This document shows positions 49,966 through 63,298 of a DNA stretch of 64,000 bases, one piece after another (within the stretch, counting starts at the first letter, position 1; each line of letters starts with the position of its first letter). The DNA comes from Azolla caroliniana (lineage: Eukaryota > Plantae > Polypodiophyta). A model generated the notes under the pieces. It searched no databases and had not been told where the DNA came from. It saw only the letters and a program-made list of their open reading frames with translations. A program made the translations under genes and the position numbers. Location of the stretch: the NCBI GenBank assembly GCA_043228905.1, contig JBHGNT010000012.1, positions 1,984,001 to 2,048,000 on the forward strand, written 5' to 3'.

Positions 49966-51929
49966 TGATCATATTTGCTAATTCCTTGATGTAATATATT
50001 GATTTTCTTTGTCAGCTCTCATGAGTTGTGACCATGCAAAGAAATGTTGTAGATGAATGAAATAGGAGGACTTCATCACGAGGTCTATTACCTTTTCTCG
50101 TGCAGTTAAATAATAGAAGAGTGCAATGGCTTATTGGAGATGCTAATTTTGATTTGGTACCAATAGCACACGGGCACACACTTTATATGGCTGCTCTTCA
50201 CTTACAATCTCTTACATTCCAAACACCCAACACCAGCGACCACAATGTTTTGCATGTTCTTCATGGAGATCAATTCTCTGAACTCAAATGCCCACCCTGG
50301 CTGAACTTAGCAATAAAGCCATGAATCCAACATGTGATGAGCCTTATTTACGGAGCTATGACTGCATGAGAAATTTGGCTTATCCCAATCGTGACTCATT
50401 GGGGTAGTTGGATTGTGATATGATGGTATGGCCACAAATCTATTTGTGTCTAGAGGTATCAATATGAATTCCAACTTTGTATCTTATCTAATGATTCAAT
50501 CATACACATGTAAGTACCCATTTATTTATAGGAGGGCCAGAACATAATGGTAGTACAAACAGAAGTATATGCTCATCTCCATATTAATTGGAGTACTACC
50601 GATTTAACATAGGCATATACATAGACAAAACAATGGTATTCCTACAAGTATATGTTAATAATAATATTGTTCAAAGAGTACGACTACTTGAACAAAGACA
50701 GACACACAAACGAAGGCTTTTTCCAAATTAAAAAGGTGTAAAGAGTGCAATCAAACATTGTGATACATGAGATGTGATGAGGGTTGTTAATCTTTGTTGC
50801 ATGCATTATCTTTTATGGAATTCAACTCATATACTATGGTTTAATCTCAGTAAAATCATTCATGGAAAAGTCTACCCATGAGTCAAAATACTATTTCAAA
50901 GATACACGCACGTTTCTAGCATCTCTTGGTCAATCTCTTCCAAAGCTCAAATATTGAATCAAGATGGTGGGAACTTGAGTAATAACCAAAATTGAACATT
51001 GATTTTCATTCATTTCAATAATTCTTCAAAGAGCAAAACTGCAGCCATCTAGGCTGGTTGCTTCCTCTTGCATGAGGGTTCTCTCATTTTCTTTGGAGTT
51101 GTTTGTAAGCATTCTCCCCTAGTTTTGGATTGCAACTAAATCAAGACGAAGTGGGCATTTGAGACACATAACAGAAAATTTTATAATGTTATTTACTATT
51201 GATTCTCCTCTCTCCACTTTCTATCTTATATGTTAACTCGTAATTCATTATCGCATTTTGCAAATAAAGGATCTCAAGTGTTTTCTATCATGATTTTCGA
51301 TTGATTCTCCTCTCTCCACCCTACATCTCATAAATTAACTCATATTCATCGATATACTTGGAAACAAGGGACATTGCATCACATTGTAGCTTGTTTTTGA
51401 CTTCCTCATTGTATTAGTGTGGATCACAGGGCGAGAGATTTGATATGTGGCAAGTGAAGGATCGAGAAGTTTGTTGGTCACCACCATTAGAAAGGTATCG
51501 TTGTACCAATCCAGGCCAAAATGATAGAAAAACAATAAAAGAAGTCCATGGGGATGATGCAAAGACAAGGATATTTGATGTTATCATAGATCAGGGAACA
51601 CGACTTCTCTCATGCATGATGAACATGGATCTTTCGTCAACGGTTGCTTCAAGACACTTGGGCCCATGGCATATGCCCAATCGTTCGTTAGGAACCCTGT
51701 GTGAAAGCGGCTGGCATGCCTCGAGACATCATCGAGAGCTCTGCGTGTCGCCATCGAGGCAGTTTCCGGAGACTTCTCTCCCGACAACGACATTGAGGCA
51801 GGAAGTTTCCGGAAACTTCTGTTTCCGAGACGACGAGAGACCCAAAGAGAGTCCGGAGCTTCTTTTTTTTGTCCCTAGACCTCTGAATATGAGAAGTTAA
51901 ATGGAATGAAGTAAAAAGAAGAAGAAGAA

Positions 51930-51961
<32 letters not shown>

Positions 51962-51965
51962 AAGG

Positions 51966-53808
51966 ATGGCTTCTCTGTGGTGGAGGTACCATGGAAACCT
52001 CTCCTCCTCTCTTCCTCTCTCTCTTCCTCCTTCTCCATGCCTATCTTCATCACTTCCTTTTCTACTATCCACCGCATCTGACTTCAGTGCCCCCCCAATC
52101 TGCACATTTTGCTCGCCCTTTCGATCTGCCTGTGTTGTAAGAGCTTCTTCTTCTTCTTCGTCTCCTCCTCCATCTCAGGATCACACAGAAGATGGACCAT
52201 TTCTTCAAGAACTTCTCGTCCCATCTCAATGGACTTCTCCGCAGGCTGCGCTACAGGTAAAAAAGCGAATGCAAATATACTGAAAGGCTGCACCCGGCCT
52301 ATGATGAAAATTGATTCAATTGAGTACAATTAATGCAGAGGAATCAATGTGATGATACATGTAGATGATGATGATGATAATGATGACTTTAGTGTGAGTT
52401 GTGAATCGTGATCCTAATAATGCTACTACATTACGCAGACATGATTAATCATGTGATGTATGATTGATTGTCTATGCTATATGATGGATATGCAGTGATA
52501 TGTAACTGCATGGCTAGCTAAGGTGATGGTGTGCATTGAGGATAGCAAGATTTTTATACCACCTTGTAGCAGGTTGTAGAGATGTCAGATCATTCAGGGC
52601 CAGAAGTGGTCACCTCCTGAAGTCACCCATGTGGTTCATGACTCTGGTGTAAACATAATTTAGTGGAGTAGTGCCCATTTGTTTAGCCTGGTGGCAGAGT
52701 CTCTCAAGTTGTGCGGTGTGATTCAAGATCAACCACAACTACATACTAAAGTGCTCCCAAATGTGATCCAAGATAAACAATGTGAATTAACCACTACTAC
52801 TTAGCCTCTGGTTATTGTGAAGAGTTTCAGTTTGCTACCATGTCTTCCTGAAGCCTCTTTGAACCTATTGATGCATCTGGATTTGTTAACAGATGGTATG
52901 TTTCCCAATATTGTTTTCCTCCTAATAGGCTCACCGTTCAGGCGTGTGAGAGATCTCATGTAGTTGTGTAATTCATGCTTTGTACCTGTCTTTATGTCAA
53001 AAAGCCATTTCTTTCTCAGTGAGTTGTTGGGTTTCCCAATAGAAGATATGTTTTCATCATCTCATGTTTGTGGCCAAACAGTTGCATCACAAGTTCAACC
53101 TCAGTTCATATTTCTCTTTTGATTTGCATCATAACCTCAGTTCTTGCATCTCATGTTTGCTATATGTCAGATTACATATCTTGAAATTGTGGTGTTGTGA
53201 AATGCATTATGTAATCCACCTTTCTTTCTCCTTCATAATTTCTATATACTAGGGTGGAGTGGCGTTAGTCACTGTTTGGTTCTTGCAATTACATTTGATA
53301 AACCGTACATTGGTTTCAAGTCTCCCTTCAGTTACCAGTCTCAGATTTCACATGCCACAACAGTTAATCAATGTTACTTCAGAAGTAAACTATCATATGC
53401 TTAGCATGAAGAAAGCCATTAATCTGTGATTAATTAGTTAAAAGTTTAAAATGTTTGGACTTTTATTCTCTCTCCCACTATATATATATATATATATATA
53501 GCATTGTGAATGATTATTTTTTGTGAATTGGGCAGGAATCAGAATGGTTAAAGAAAAGTCTTCATCAGTGGCTTGATGATGAATTCTGTCCTGAACCAGC
53601 TAATGATGAAATTAGTAGGCGGTGTTCCAAAGTGTACTATTATTGTCTCTTAGAGAAACAACTCGATATGGGAGAGATTCTTCTACAAATGGTTAGGGAA
53701 CTAGAAACATTTTCATTTAAGAAGAGCTTCCATGGAGCCTTCACATCTGCAAATGCAGCTGTTGACATTATAACAAAGAAAATCCACAGTATGGAAGAGG
53801 GAAAATAA
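51966..53808 (+). CDS. Conserved uncharacterised plastid-targeted protein, 2 exons, 187 aa
   Basis: Exon 1 51966-52256 (transit-peptide-like, CAG|GT) and exon 2 53536-53808 (ESEWLKKSLHQWLDDEFCPEPAN...FHGAFTSANAA), phase-0 junction. The WLDDE motif recalls a family I associate with plants and cyanobacteria (not verified). Confidence 0.8.
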
Positions 53809-54517
53809 AGTGTATTATGATTCTTGCAAAAAAAAAAAACTTGTAAAAAATATAGTGCATCATTGGAGACGTGTCTAGACTATATATACTGGGAATAAAT
53901 CTTCCCACAAAACATGATGCCTGTTTGTTGGGCATTTCAATTGTAATAACTAATTTTCTTTATTTATTGCTCTTTTGCATACCTATGTACACAATGGTTG
54001 TGCTGTAAACCATGTCAAGCACATGCTAAAATTGACAGAACCACATAGAACATCCCAATAACTCATTTAATACTCTATGCTGCTTGTTTGCTACTCTTAA
54101 ATATTTATATATCAGTGACTAGTTTTGGCTTAAATTATCTTCCTAACAGTTTGGAAGATACAAGTGCTTTTCTCAGATCTTTATAATGCACATGTGTAGT
54201 GTTTCAACATACCGTGTATAGTGCACAAATGATAAAATCCTTCCATACCACTTTCTTGGTCTTTGAATGTTGGGTAAATAAACTTGCACGTATTTCAACC
54301 ATGCAAAGTTTCCCACAAAAAATCATTTATCATTATTCCATGTACTGTGCTGAAAGTCATGTTGGTTAGCTTCTAGATTTTCATAAAAATTCCAAAAATG
54401 TAGCTTAATATACAAACAAGCTTAGTACTGAGGTTTGAAAATTGTAACTTAATATACAAATAAGCTTGGCACTGTGGGGATCCCTTATGAAAATTGGAAT
54501 TCACAATACAGTCAAAA

Positions 54518-57500
54518 TCACACACATTCTACCATTGCCATACTTTGCCTGAAGCATCTCGGTTCTCCTTGCATAGGTAGCTGATCATTTACAAACGAGG
54601 GTTTCTCGGGCAAAGTAGAAGCTAGAGAAAATGGTGTTATATCATCGTTTAAAATGGGCAGAGGAGCATCAAGAACATCATCTGGTATTACAGTGAGTGT
54701 TTTCTTCAACAGATCCGAACAGCTCTAGCATTGTAGATCATTATTTATATTAGCAAAACCAGAATGTACATTATTTCAATGATTCTAGAAGAATCAACAC
54801 ATGTTTTCACAACTCACCGTACAGTCCCGGAATGCGGCATCTAGAGCTCTCCTCCAAATTCCTGCACCTTGCTCCGCATGGAAGAGATGCAACAAAGGCT
54901 GCAATTGGAAATACAAATTGAGTGCCACCACATTTAAATCTGACCGACAAAAGCTTAGAAAGAATGCTAGACAAAAACAAATCAAACTTTGGAATATACT
55001 ATCAAATACATTTGTGAAAGCATATCATGATTCAATCAATTTAGCTTTTCTACTGAATTCTCTTGAGTAATCTAAATGCACCTGGTGCTTTTCTGATAGC
55101 AAATTAGCTGCTCATTGTTACTTGCCCCATGCATAGGAGGAACTTCAAACTCAGACCTCACATATATTGGGGCACACAGTCAATTACAGGCGAACAAGAT
55201 ACCTTAATGGTATGACGTAGACTTGGCCTCCCTGGTCCATGCTTCCCAATAACTGAATCTGCATATTTCTCATATAATTTTAATATCTGCATAATTTTCA
55301 CACGTGTTAGAATGCATATCAAGAATAAAGAAAAGATGCATGAATCAACTAAAAAAGAAATCCAACGTACATCACGCCTGCTTGTGGCAGGTGCAGGAGC
55401 CCCATATATGACAGAATCAACTCGGGCTAATAAAGACCAAGGACTGCAATTTAAAAGATTTAATGTGAAAAAGAAATATATCAAACAAAACTACAAAAGA
55501 AAACTTTCAGATCCCAAGATGTAAATTAAGGATCTGTAAATTAATGTTGGATTCCATACCAGAATATGAAGCAAATACACATGTTTATAATAGAATATTA
55601 CATTAGCATTGAAAGTCTACTGACCTGCTACATGATGCGCGGCCAACCATGACACCATGAGCACCTAATTGAAGAGCAGCCTCCACCTAAGAAATTTTTT
55701 ATCTCTCACTTCTCCCTCTCAAAAGAAATTATAATAATTTCAAAAAAATGTAAATAGTTCTTTCATTTTTTGCTACGTAACTCAGTTATGTTTTTATTTA
55801 CGATAATTTCACTAATTAAATTTTGACCTGTTGAATTGAAATCACACCTCCATTCAATGTGAAGTTTAAATGAGGAAAATCTCGAATCAGAGCATATACA
55901 TACTCGTATCTGTGAGACACAAAATTAATTTTACAAAACTACATAACCATGATGTATTAAACTAGAGTGTTAAAAAACAAGACAAAACTACAAAATGCCA
56001 ATGCAGGAGCATCTTCCCCGTGAATGGAAGTCTGCATATTAATTTTGATTATCACTTACTTGAGGGGAGGGACACTTCTATTTGCAGCAGGACTGAGGCC
56101 CTTTAAGATGGCTTTCCTCGCATGAATGATGAAATGTTTGGTAGGGGATAAAGTTGAAACAGTATCCACAAATGCACCTGATAAAATCGCAGTTAGATGC
56201 AACAACAACATCAACTTATGGATCAAACATTTCACACGAATAGTAAATAGACACGTTCAGCTTAGGAGAAGTAGACAAGCAGGCTGAAAGACCAACAAAT
56301 GTTTCACTTAGATGGGCTGGATGTTTCACCACAATGTATTTGCCCATTGTACATTGACAAATTTCAGCCTAACCTAATTACCCCAGATTTTACTTACTTG
56401 GCAGTATGCCCACCTCGTAGCATATACTATCAGGGTACAACTTATTCATACATTAACTCTCTGCTTCAAGGAAGCACCATGCAATATCTATATTATAACT
56501 AGCCTTTATCATCTCAACAATCTACAGACTTTATTGTCATGAGAGATTGGCCAAATGGGGGAAAGAGAAAAAGTGAAATGCCTAATAAGAGCAAGCAAAA
56601 TGCAGACCCTAGGAGAAAAGATAACAAAAAGACAACTTCATGAATGAGAAAAATAAACCAGCTCTTATTAAATTTTCTATCTTGGTTATATGCATCTCAT
56701 TAAGTCTATCTTGACACTGCATTCAAGATTGAAGTCACATCACACGGAAAAAAAATTCGATCAGTGAAAATCAAGCACACCAAATCTTACACATACTCAC
56801 AGAGTTCATCATATGATTCAGCATCATCCACTCCAATGCGGCATTTCACACTAACAGGAACATCACAATTCTCTGCAATCGCTGCCATGGACTGGCCCAC
56901 GAGCTATTGAACCATGCTTTCTGCTTAGCCCAAAAAAACCCAAAAATATCTAGAAGGAGTAGAACACCAATATGTACCTTAGGGTCAAGCATAAGCCGTG
57001 CACCAAAGCATCCATGACCAGCGACTTTCTCACTTGGGCATCCACAACTGCAAATTCCTTTGATGAATCTTCAAATAATCCAGGTTTGGAAACAAAATGA
57101 AGCATTGCTAAGTCCAAAACTTTAACATACTTCAAATTTATCTCATCATAACCATATGGACTGGCTAGTCGAGTAGCATTTGCAAGTGTAGATACATCAC
57201 TTCCTCCAAGTTGTAGAACAATCGGATGTTGCATGTCAGAAAATTCCAAAAATCTATCCTGGAAACAAATACAACTAATCAGCTGTCAGGAGTTATTTTC
57301 AGAAATCCTACAAAGAGTGATCTTAGTAGTTAGAAAGGATCATGAACCCAATTTTACCAAAAGAAAATTAACCTTCATCTAAATTTGCAGAAATTATTTA
57401 CAAACAAACATATGAATATTTGAATGTTGAAATCATTCATTGACACTTCAAAAAATTCAAGGTACTTCTATCTTCACTTTCAATTTTTAGAAGGGAATTC

Positions 57501-59247
57501 CATATACTGCAAGTGTAAGTTACCATAAACTTTGGTTTCTTCCAAACGCTGGATAGCAAATGTACTTCTTCTACCTTTACTTTCAAGTTTCAGAAGTGAA
57601 TTCCAAATTTTACAAAGTTACCATACACTTTGGTTTCCTGCAAACATATTGAATAGCAAATGTACTTCTACCTTCACTTTCAATTTTTAGATCTGAAATC
57701 CAAATATTGCAAGTGTAAGTCACCATAAACTTTGTTTCCTTCAAACGCTGGATAGCAAATTTACGTCTACCTTCACTTTCAAATTTCAGAAGTGAATTCC
57801 AAATATTTCAAGTGTAAGTTGCCATATCCTTTGGTTTCCTCCAAACATTGGATAAAAAATGTACCATTTCTTCATGATTCATGAAAGGACCCATCGCTCA
57901 GCATCCCAGGTATTTAAGTTAATCGATGGCAATACAGACATTGCCGCATAAATATCCAAGTTATAAGCCATTTAATAATTTTGTGACAGGAGAAGCAAAA
58001 GAGCATGAGATCATTTTCTCTTTATGTACAGCTGTATCACCTGTACTATCTCAGGTGTTAGAACATAGTGCCTTAAACTCCTTGTGGCTGCCAGATGACA
58101 ATGCAGTAGGACAGAGTAGGCAGGTAACTAGAACTGGACAATGCCATCTCAGGAGAGCATGAAGAGAGTAGAAATGATCAAGATTCATTGAAGGGGAGGT
58201 TACCCCTTAACACAATTGATCAATCAATATTTAACTTAGTAACTAAAATAAAATAAAGAAGGAGAGACTACCCCCTTAACAAAATTGATACATCAATATT
58301 TATGTTAGTAACTAAAAGAAGAACAAAAAAGAGTACAAGATTTTCTCTTGATGCACATAAGTATCCACACGTTATAAAGCTATATATTTCACCCTTCATG
58401 GAGGAGAATTAGAGAAACAAAAGGAGTACCAGATTTTTCTCTTGATGTACTATTGTATCAGCCACCACCATCTCAGTGTAGAGCCATGTGTGGCGTGAGA
58501 GCAGCCGTGCAAGAGTCCGGAAGTGATTATCTGTATAATCCATCATAGGTGCAACACTGCACTGTGGAATCAATTAGAAAAGATATCACAAACGAAGCAG
58601 AATCTCTTATAAAACTCTCCATTGAAAATTCAAAAGAAACAAACAATGCTCAGCTATAAACTCTTGTAGACGCTGACAGACAATGCTAGAACCTTTTTGC
58701 CGATTTCAATTGGCAAATTGTTCGGCGGAAACTCTTGTAGATCGCAAAAAGAATCAGATGTTCTACTAGAATCTCTAACGATTGGCAAAGAAAAACAGAA
58801 TTTCTGCTGAAATAAATCTAAAAACAAACTTGTGTATTTCTAAACCATATTATCTGCTAGAAACTCTTGTGAGCGGCAAAAGAAGCAAGATTTCTGCTAA
58901 TATCTCTGCTAGATAGAAAGAAGAAAAAATGCATTGCTAAAAGAAGCTATTGATAAGAGAGATTGTTCTAGGACGCCAAAAGAAACCTAAATGGAAGAAT
59001 ACCTGAACAGCGGAGGCAAGTACTGAGAATTCCTCTGATGCGGTGGGGCAAGGGAACAAAGGGAACGGAAAAGATAAGGGCTCCTTCTTCTGCGGAATGC
59101 AGAGCAGAAGGAGGGGTAATCCCATAAACAGGAAGGGGAAGAGGAGGAGGAGGAGGAGGTAACAGAGAGATGCAAGGTTCGTGGTCGGCACAGAGGGACC
59201 ATCGCCATAGCCGAAAACACTGAAGCTCCTCCTGCCATGCCTGCCAT
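54518..59247 (-). CDS. dusA: tRNA-dihydrouridine(20/20a) synthase, DusA-type, organelle-targeted, 12 exons
   Basis: Exons 59247-59003, 58556-58430, 57258-57131, 57047-56978, 56903-56801, 56177-56060, 55909-55828, 55686-55625, 55443-55371, 55286-55203, 54898-54818 and 54724-54518. Motifs FSVAPMMDYT, LQLGGS, EINLNCGCPS, VSVKCRIG, IHARKA, LNGG, VMVGR. Confidence 0.92.
57463..57865. repeat. Intronic ~100-bp diverged tandem repeat x4
   Basis: TACTTCTACCTTCACTTTCAA...TTACCATAAACTTTGGTTTC...ATAGCAAATG recurs at ~57463, 57563, 57662 and 57762. Confidence 0.8.
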
Positions 59248-59459
59248 GCCTGCCTGCTGTGTTTTCTTTCTTCCTTTCGAAACAATATATATGTATATCA
59301 TATATGTATGCATAGAATGAACCATACGTATCATACGTGCATTCTCATTCGCGAATGTTTCATGCAAACGTGTATGGTAAATCATCTCCAAGTTGGATTG
59401 GATTGACTATGGTCTATAAATTTATATATGTATAGATATGTATGTATGTTTTGATGATG

Positions 59460-60250
59460 ATGGTCTGGAAGCGTATATACTTTTGTAATTTTGGAAAACG
59501 TAGGGTTCATGATGAGGATTGATGACCATGGTGGTGTGGAAGGGTATACTTTTGTAATTTTGGAAAACTTAGGGTTCATGATGATGGTGGTGGTGGTGGT
59601 GGTGGTGGTGGTGTGAACGGGCTAGCCGCTACACATTTGTAATTTTGGAAAACTTTAGGGTTCATGGTGATGATGATGATAATGATGACCATTCATAACG
59701 ACGACGGTGTGGAAGTGCACGCATTTGTAATTTTGCAAAACTTAGGGTTCATCGAGATGGTGATGACGATGGTGTGGAAGGGCACTCGTTTGTAAATTTG
59801 CAAAACTTAGGGTTCATCGTGATGATAATAATGATGATAATGGTGTGGAAGGGCACGCAAATGTAATTTTGCAAAATTCAAGGTTCATCATGATGGTGCT
59901 ACTGATGATGATGATGACGATGATGATGACGATAGTGTGGAAGGGCACTCATTTGTAATTTTGCAAAACTTAGGGTTTATTGTGATGTTAATGATGATGA
60001 TGATGACACTGACGATGGTGTGGAAGGGCATTCATTTCTAATGTTGCAAAACTTAGGGTTTATCGTGATGCTAATGATGATGGTGATGACATTGACGATG
60101 GTGTGGAAGGGCACTCATTTCTAATTTTGCAAAACTTAGGGTTTATTGTGATGATGATGATGATGACAATAGTGTGGAAGGGCAGTCAATTGTAATTTTG
60201 CAAAACTCAAGATTCATCGTGATGGTGTGCAAGGTACTCATTTGTAATTT
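59460..60250. repeat. Minisatellite with ~45-bp core and variable (GAT)n spacer, about 11 copies
   Basis: Core GGTGTGGAAGGGCAC-CATTTGTAATTTTGCAAAACTTAGGGTT. Confidence 0.88.
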
Positions 60251-60561
60251 CGCAAGGCCACCGTGTAAGCAACACGTCCATCTTCTACACCAAATGTTGG
60301 TCATCATGCAAGCAACGTGTCCCTTTCTCGAGCTCAAATCCACAACCTCGGTGATGACAATGATCTGATAATTTTAAGTCATTATTCTCTATCGGTTCGA
60401 GGGAGAACGTGAGATGCATTATCTTTTATGGAAAAAGGAGGAGGGAGGCAACAAGACACTTATTCTAAATGAGCAATGATTTTTAGAACCGAGTCTTTCA
60501 TCAACCATAAGTTTATATGGGTATTTTTTATGAGTAGTTAGAACATTAGGGACATAGCCCA

Positions 60562-60635
60562 GATGGATGTAGTTCAGTTGGTAAGGTTGCCCAATGGAGA
60601 CCAGGTGGTCATGGGTTCAACCCCTACATTTCGCA
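60562..60635 (+). mobile_element. tRNA-derived SINE-like head (degenerate)
   Basis: A-box-like TAGTTCAGTTGG and B-box-like GGTTCAACCC; no clean cloverleaf. Confidence 0.45.
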
Positions 60636-61467
60636 GTGGCATCTAGTGAATTAAGAGATATATATGATGTATATAATAGAGAGAAGTGAGAAAATTGGGT
60701 TTTGAACTTAAGACACCGTGCTTGTAGTGTTAACAACTTACCACTAAGGTAAGCTAATTACGGAAAAAAGAAAGAAAGAAATAAAGAAAGAGAGACATTG
60801 GCAAATGATATGTTATGGTTTCAGTTAGAGAGACCAAAAACAGAAAATGCGGGTTATGTTCCTTACACGATACAAGATTATGAATTTGTAGTCACTTTTT
60901 GTATGTATAAGGTTGCATATTTCACGGACAAGGAAGTAGAAGAAGTGGAGGAGAGTGAGGAATGATAGATGGGTTGCTTATGAGCCCATTCTAATAAAGA
61001 GCGTGAATATAAGCTACATTGTGTGATACAAGACGCTGATCATCAACACTTATTGTATTTACAATGTTGCATGACAATAGAATACACAACAACGTATCAT
61101 AACTGCACAATGTGCAAAATGTGCACTCATTCATGCATTTATAACTGCACAATGCACGAACTATGCCTGCAACCCTAACCACATGTGTGTGTCAAGACTC
61201 TACCTACAATCATACAATCTACAACCCTACAGGTACAATCTGTCACTGGCCGATGGACATGACAATGCAATCAACAGATGGCGTGCTGTTACGAATGGGA
61301 TGGAGAAGGAGAGCAACCTTAACCGCATGTGTGTTGTGTGCGTCAAGACTCTACCAACAGTTCTACGAGCTTACAACGTATACAACCTTGTAGGTACAAT
61401 CCATCACTAGCCAATGGCCATGACAAATTATAATGCAATGCAATGGATGAAGTGTTGTTATGAATGG

Positions 61468-61986
61468 TGGCGATGGGCGGTTCAGTTCGGTTTCCAGGCA
61501 AAGACAAAAAACCAAACCGTTTATATAAAACAAAAACCAAACCAAACCGTTTAGGGAAAAGTTGAAACCAAACCGAGCCATTTAAGAAAAAATTTAAACC
61601 TAACCATTTAAATCAAACTAATTAAACATCCAAATAAATAAAAATACATTAAATTAACTAAGATTTAAGTTAGATATATTAAATCAATAAAAGAAACTTT
61701 AATTGAACCATTAAATTAAATAAACATTTGAAGTTAAATTAATTAAATCAATAAAGCACCATTAATTAAATCATTAAATTAATAAACAATCAAGGTAAAA
61801 AAAAGAAGTTAACCAAAAACCTATAAACCTTTAAACCAAACCTATAAACCCGAGTTTTAGAACCGAAACCGAACCGTTTATAAAAAATCCAAACCAAAGC
61901 AAACCATTAAATTTGTTTTGGAACCAATAAACCGTTAAACCATGGCTTAACGGTTCGGGTTCGAGCCGAAACTGTGCCCATCGATA
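61468..61986. mobile_element. hAT-type MITE, 8-bp TSD ATGAATGG
   Basis: Imperfect 11-bp TIRs (TGGCGATGGGC / GCCCATCGATA), AAACC(G/A) subterminal repeats, AT-rich core, ATGAATGG at 61460-67 and 61987-94. Confidence 0.9.
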
Positions 61987-62280
61987 ATGAATGGGATGGA
62001 GAAGGAGCGAGAGTTTGGGTTGATTGAGGGTTTAGGGTATTTCAGTAAATAGTTGGAAAAGTCGAACGGGAAATAGAGGGGTATTTCAGTAAATAGTTGG
62101 AAAGGCTGAAGGAGGGTATTTCTGTAAATAGTTGAAAATTGTGTGTGAAGAGAGAGAGAGACATCAGTTTTCATCATCAAATCAGAGAAACAGAGGAACA
62201 GAGGAGGAACAGAGGAAGAAGAAGAAGAAGACGAAGAAGAAGAAGAAGAAGAAGAAGAAGAGAAGGAGGAGGGAGGGGCG

Positions 62281-62487
62281 ATGGGAACTACAGGGGATTT
62301 CTTCAGAGCGAGGGATGAGTTCCGTAAGCACCCTTTCATAAGCCATAACTTCCGCAGGGCCACTCCCGGGCTCGGCATCGCCCTCGTTGCATTCGGAGCT
62401 TATCTCTTCATCGATGGTATGTATGAGAAGCTCTACAAGCAGCCACAACAGAAGACTACTACTGGTGTTGGCCATGCCCATCATTAG
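62281..62487 (+). CDS. NDUFB3: Mitochondrial complex I subunit B12 (NADH dehydrogenase 1 beta subcomplex subunit 3)
   Basis: MGTTGDFFRARDEFRKHPFI...RATPGLGIALVAFGAYL matches the plant B12 signature (GEFFRRRDEWRKHP...PGLGIG); one TM helix, His-rich end. Confidence 0.88.
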   Translation: MGTTGDFFRARDEFRKHPFISHNFRRATPGLGIALVAFGAYLFIDGMYEKLYKQPQQKTTTGVGHAHH

Positions 62488-63138
62488 CCCTCACCCTGTA
62501 AGTACTTCTCTTCTTCTTTAACTTGCTTTTTATTTTTGGTTTCTTCATATGTTCTTTTGCATTTCCTCTTCTTTTGTCTTTGTTCCTCATTGATCTGTGC
62601 CTTTTTTTTGTTTTGTTTTGTTTTGTTTAAGACTTTTTGTTTCATAGATCTGTCTGTTTGTTTTTTCATCATCTGAGTTTTCTGTTTTTATCTGCTCCCA
62701 TAATATGAAATTTGTTAAAAAAAGCTTTTATGAAAATTTAGCTCCTTTTTCCTCCTCCCATAATAGGAAAGATGTAAATGCTGATGAATTTCTAGCTCTC
62801 TTGCTTCCATAACATGTGTTATGCTGTGAAATTTAGATAAAATTCTGTGCTTTTTTATTTTCTCTCTCTTGTGATATTGGCGTATGCTTATACAATGGTT
62901 TCCTATGTTCAAAATATACGTGTCACTTGAAGGATATGCAAATCTTGTTCTTTATTCACCTCTGATATCCACAATTATTGCGAGATTGAACATGCTTTAT
63001 GCATATCGTTTTGTTTTCATGATACATAATTTGATGTTTTTCGAAGGGGGAAACTGGAAAGAGTTTTGTTGTTATGGTAACCAAAATTGAAGGTTCATCT
63101 CAAAATTTATGCTCACTGTGCTTACAATTGTGTCTATA

Positions 63139-63140
<2 letters not shown>

Positions 63141-63173
<33 letters not shown>

Positions 63174-63210
63174 TCTGAAGAAAGTTAGGAGTATTCAGAA
63201 TGTATATAAA

Positions 63211-63258
<48 letters not shown>

Positions 63259-63298
63259 CTGAAGAAAATTAGGATTATTCAGAATGTATATAAAAACC
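63141..63298. repeat. (TA)n plus ~45-bp unit, duplicated
   Basis: AATTCTGAAGAAA-TTAGGA-TATTCAGAATGTATATAAAAAC occurs twice, each preceded by (TA)n. Confidence 0.8.

Noticed and set aside
59460-60250. Repeat-plus-spacer array resembling CRISPR
   Set aside because: Spacers are low-complexity (GAT)n, repeats are degenerate, no cas genes, eukaryotic context.
60562-60635. Functional tRNA gene
   Set aside because: A and B boxes are present, but there is no convincing acceptor or anticodon stem; kept only as SINE-like.
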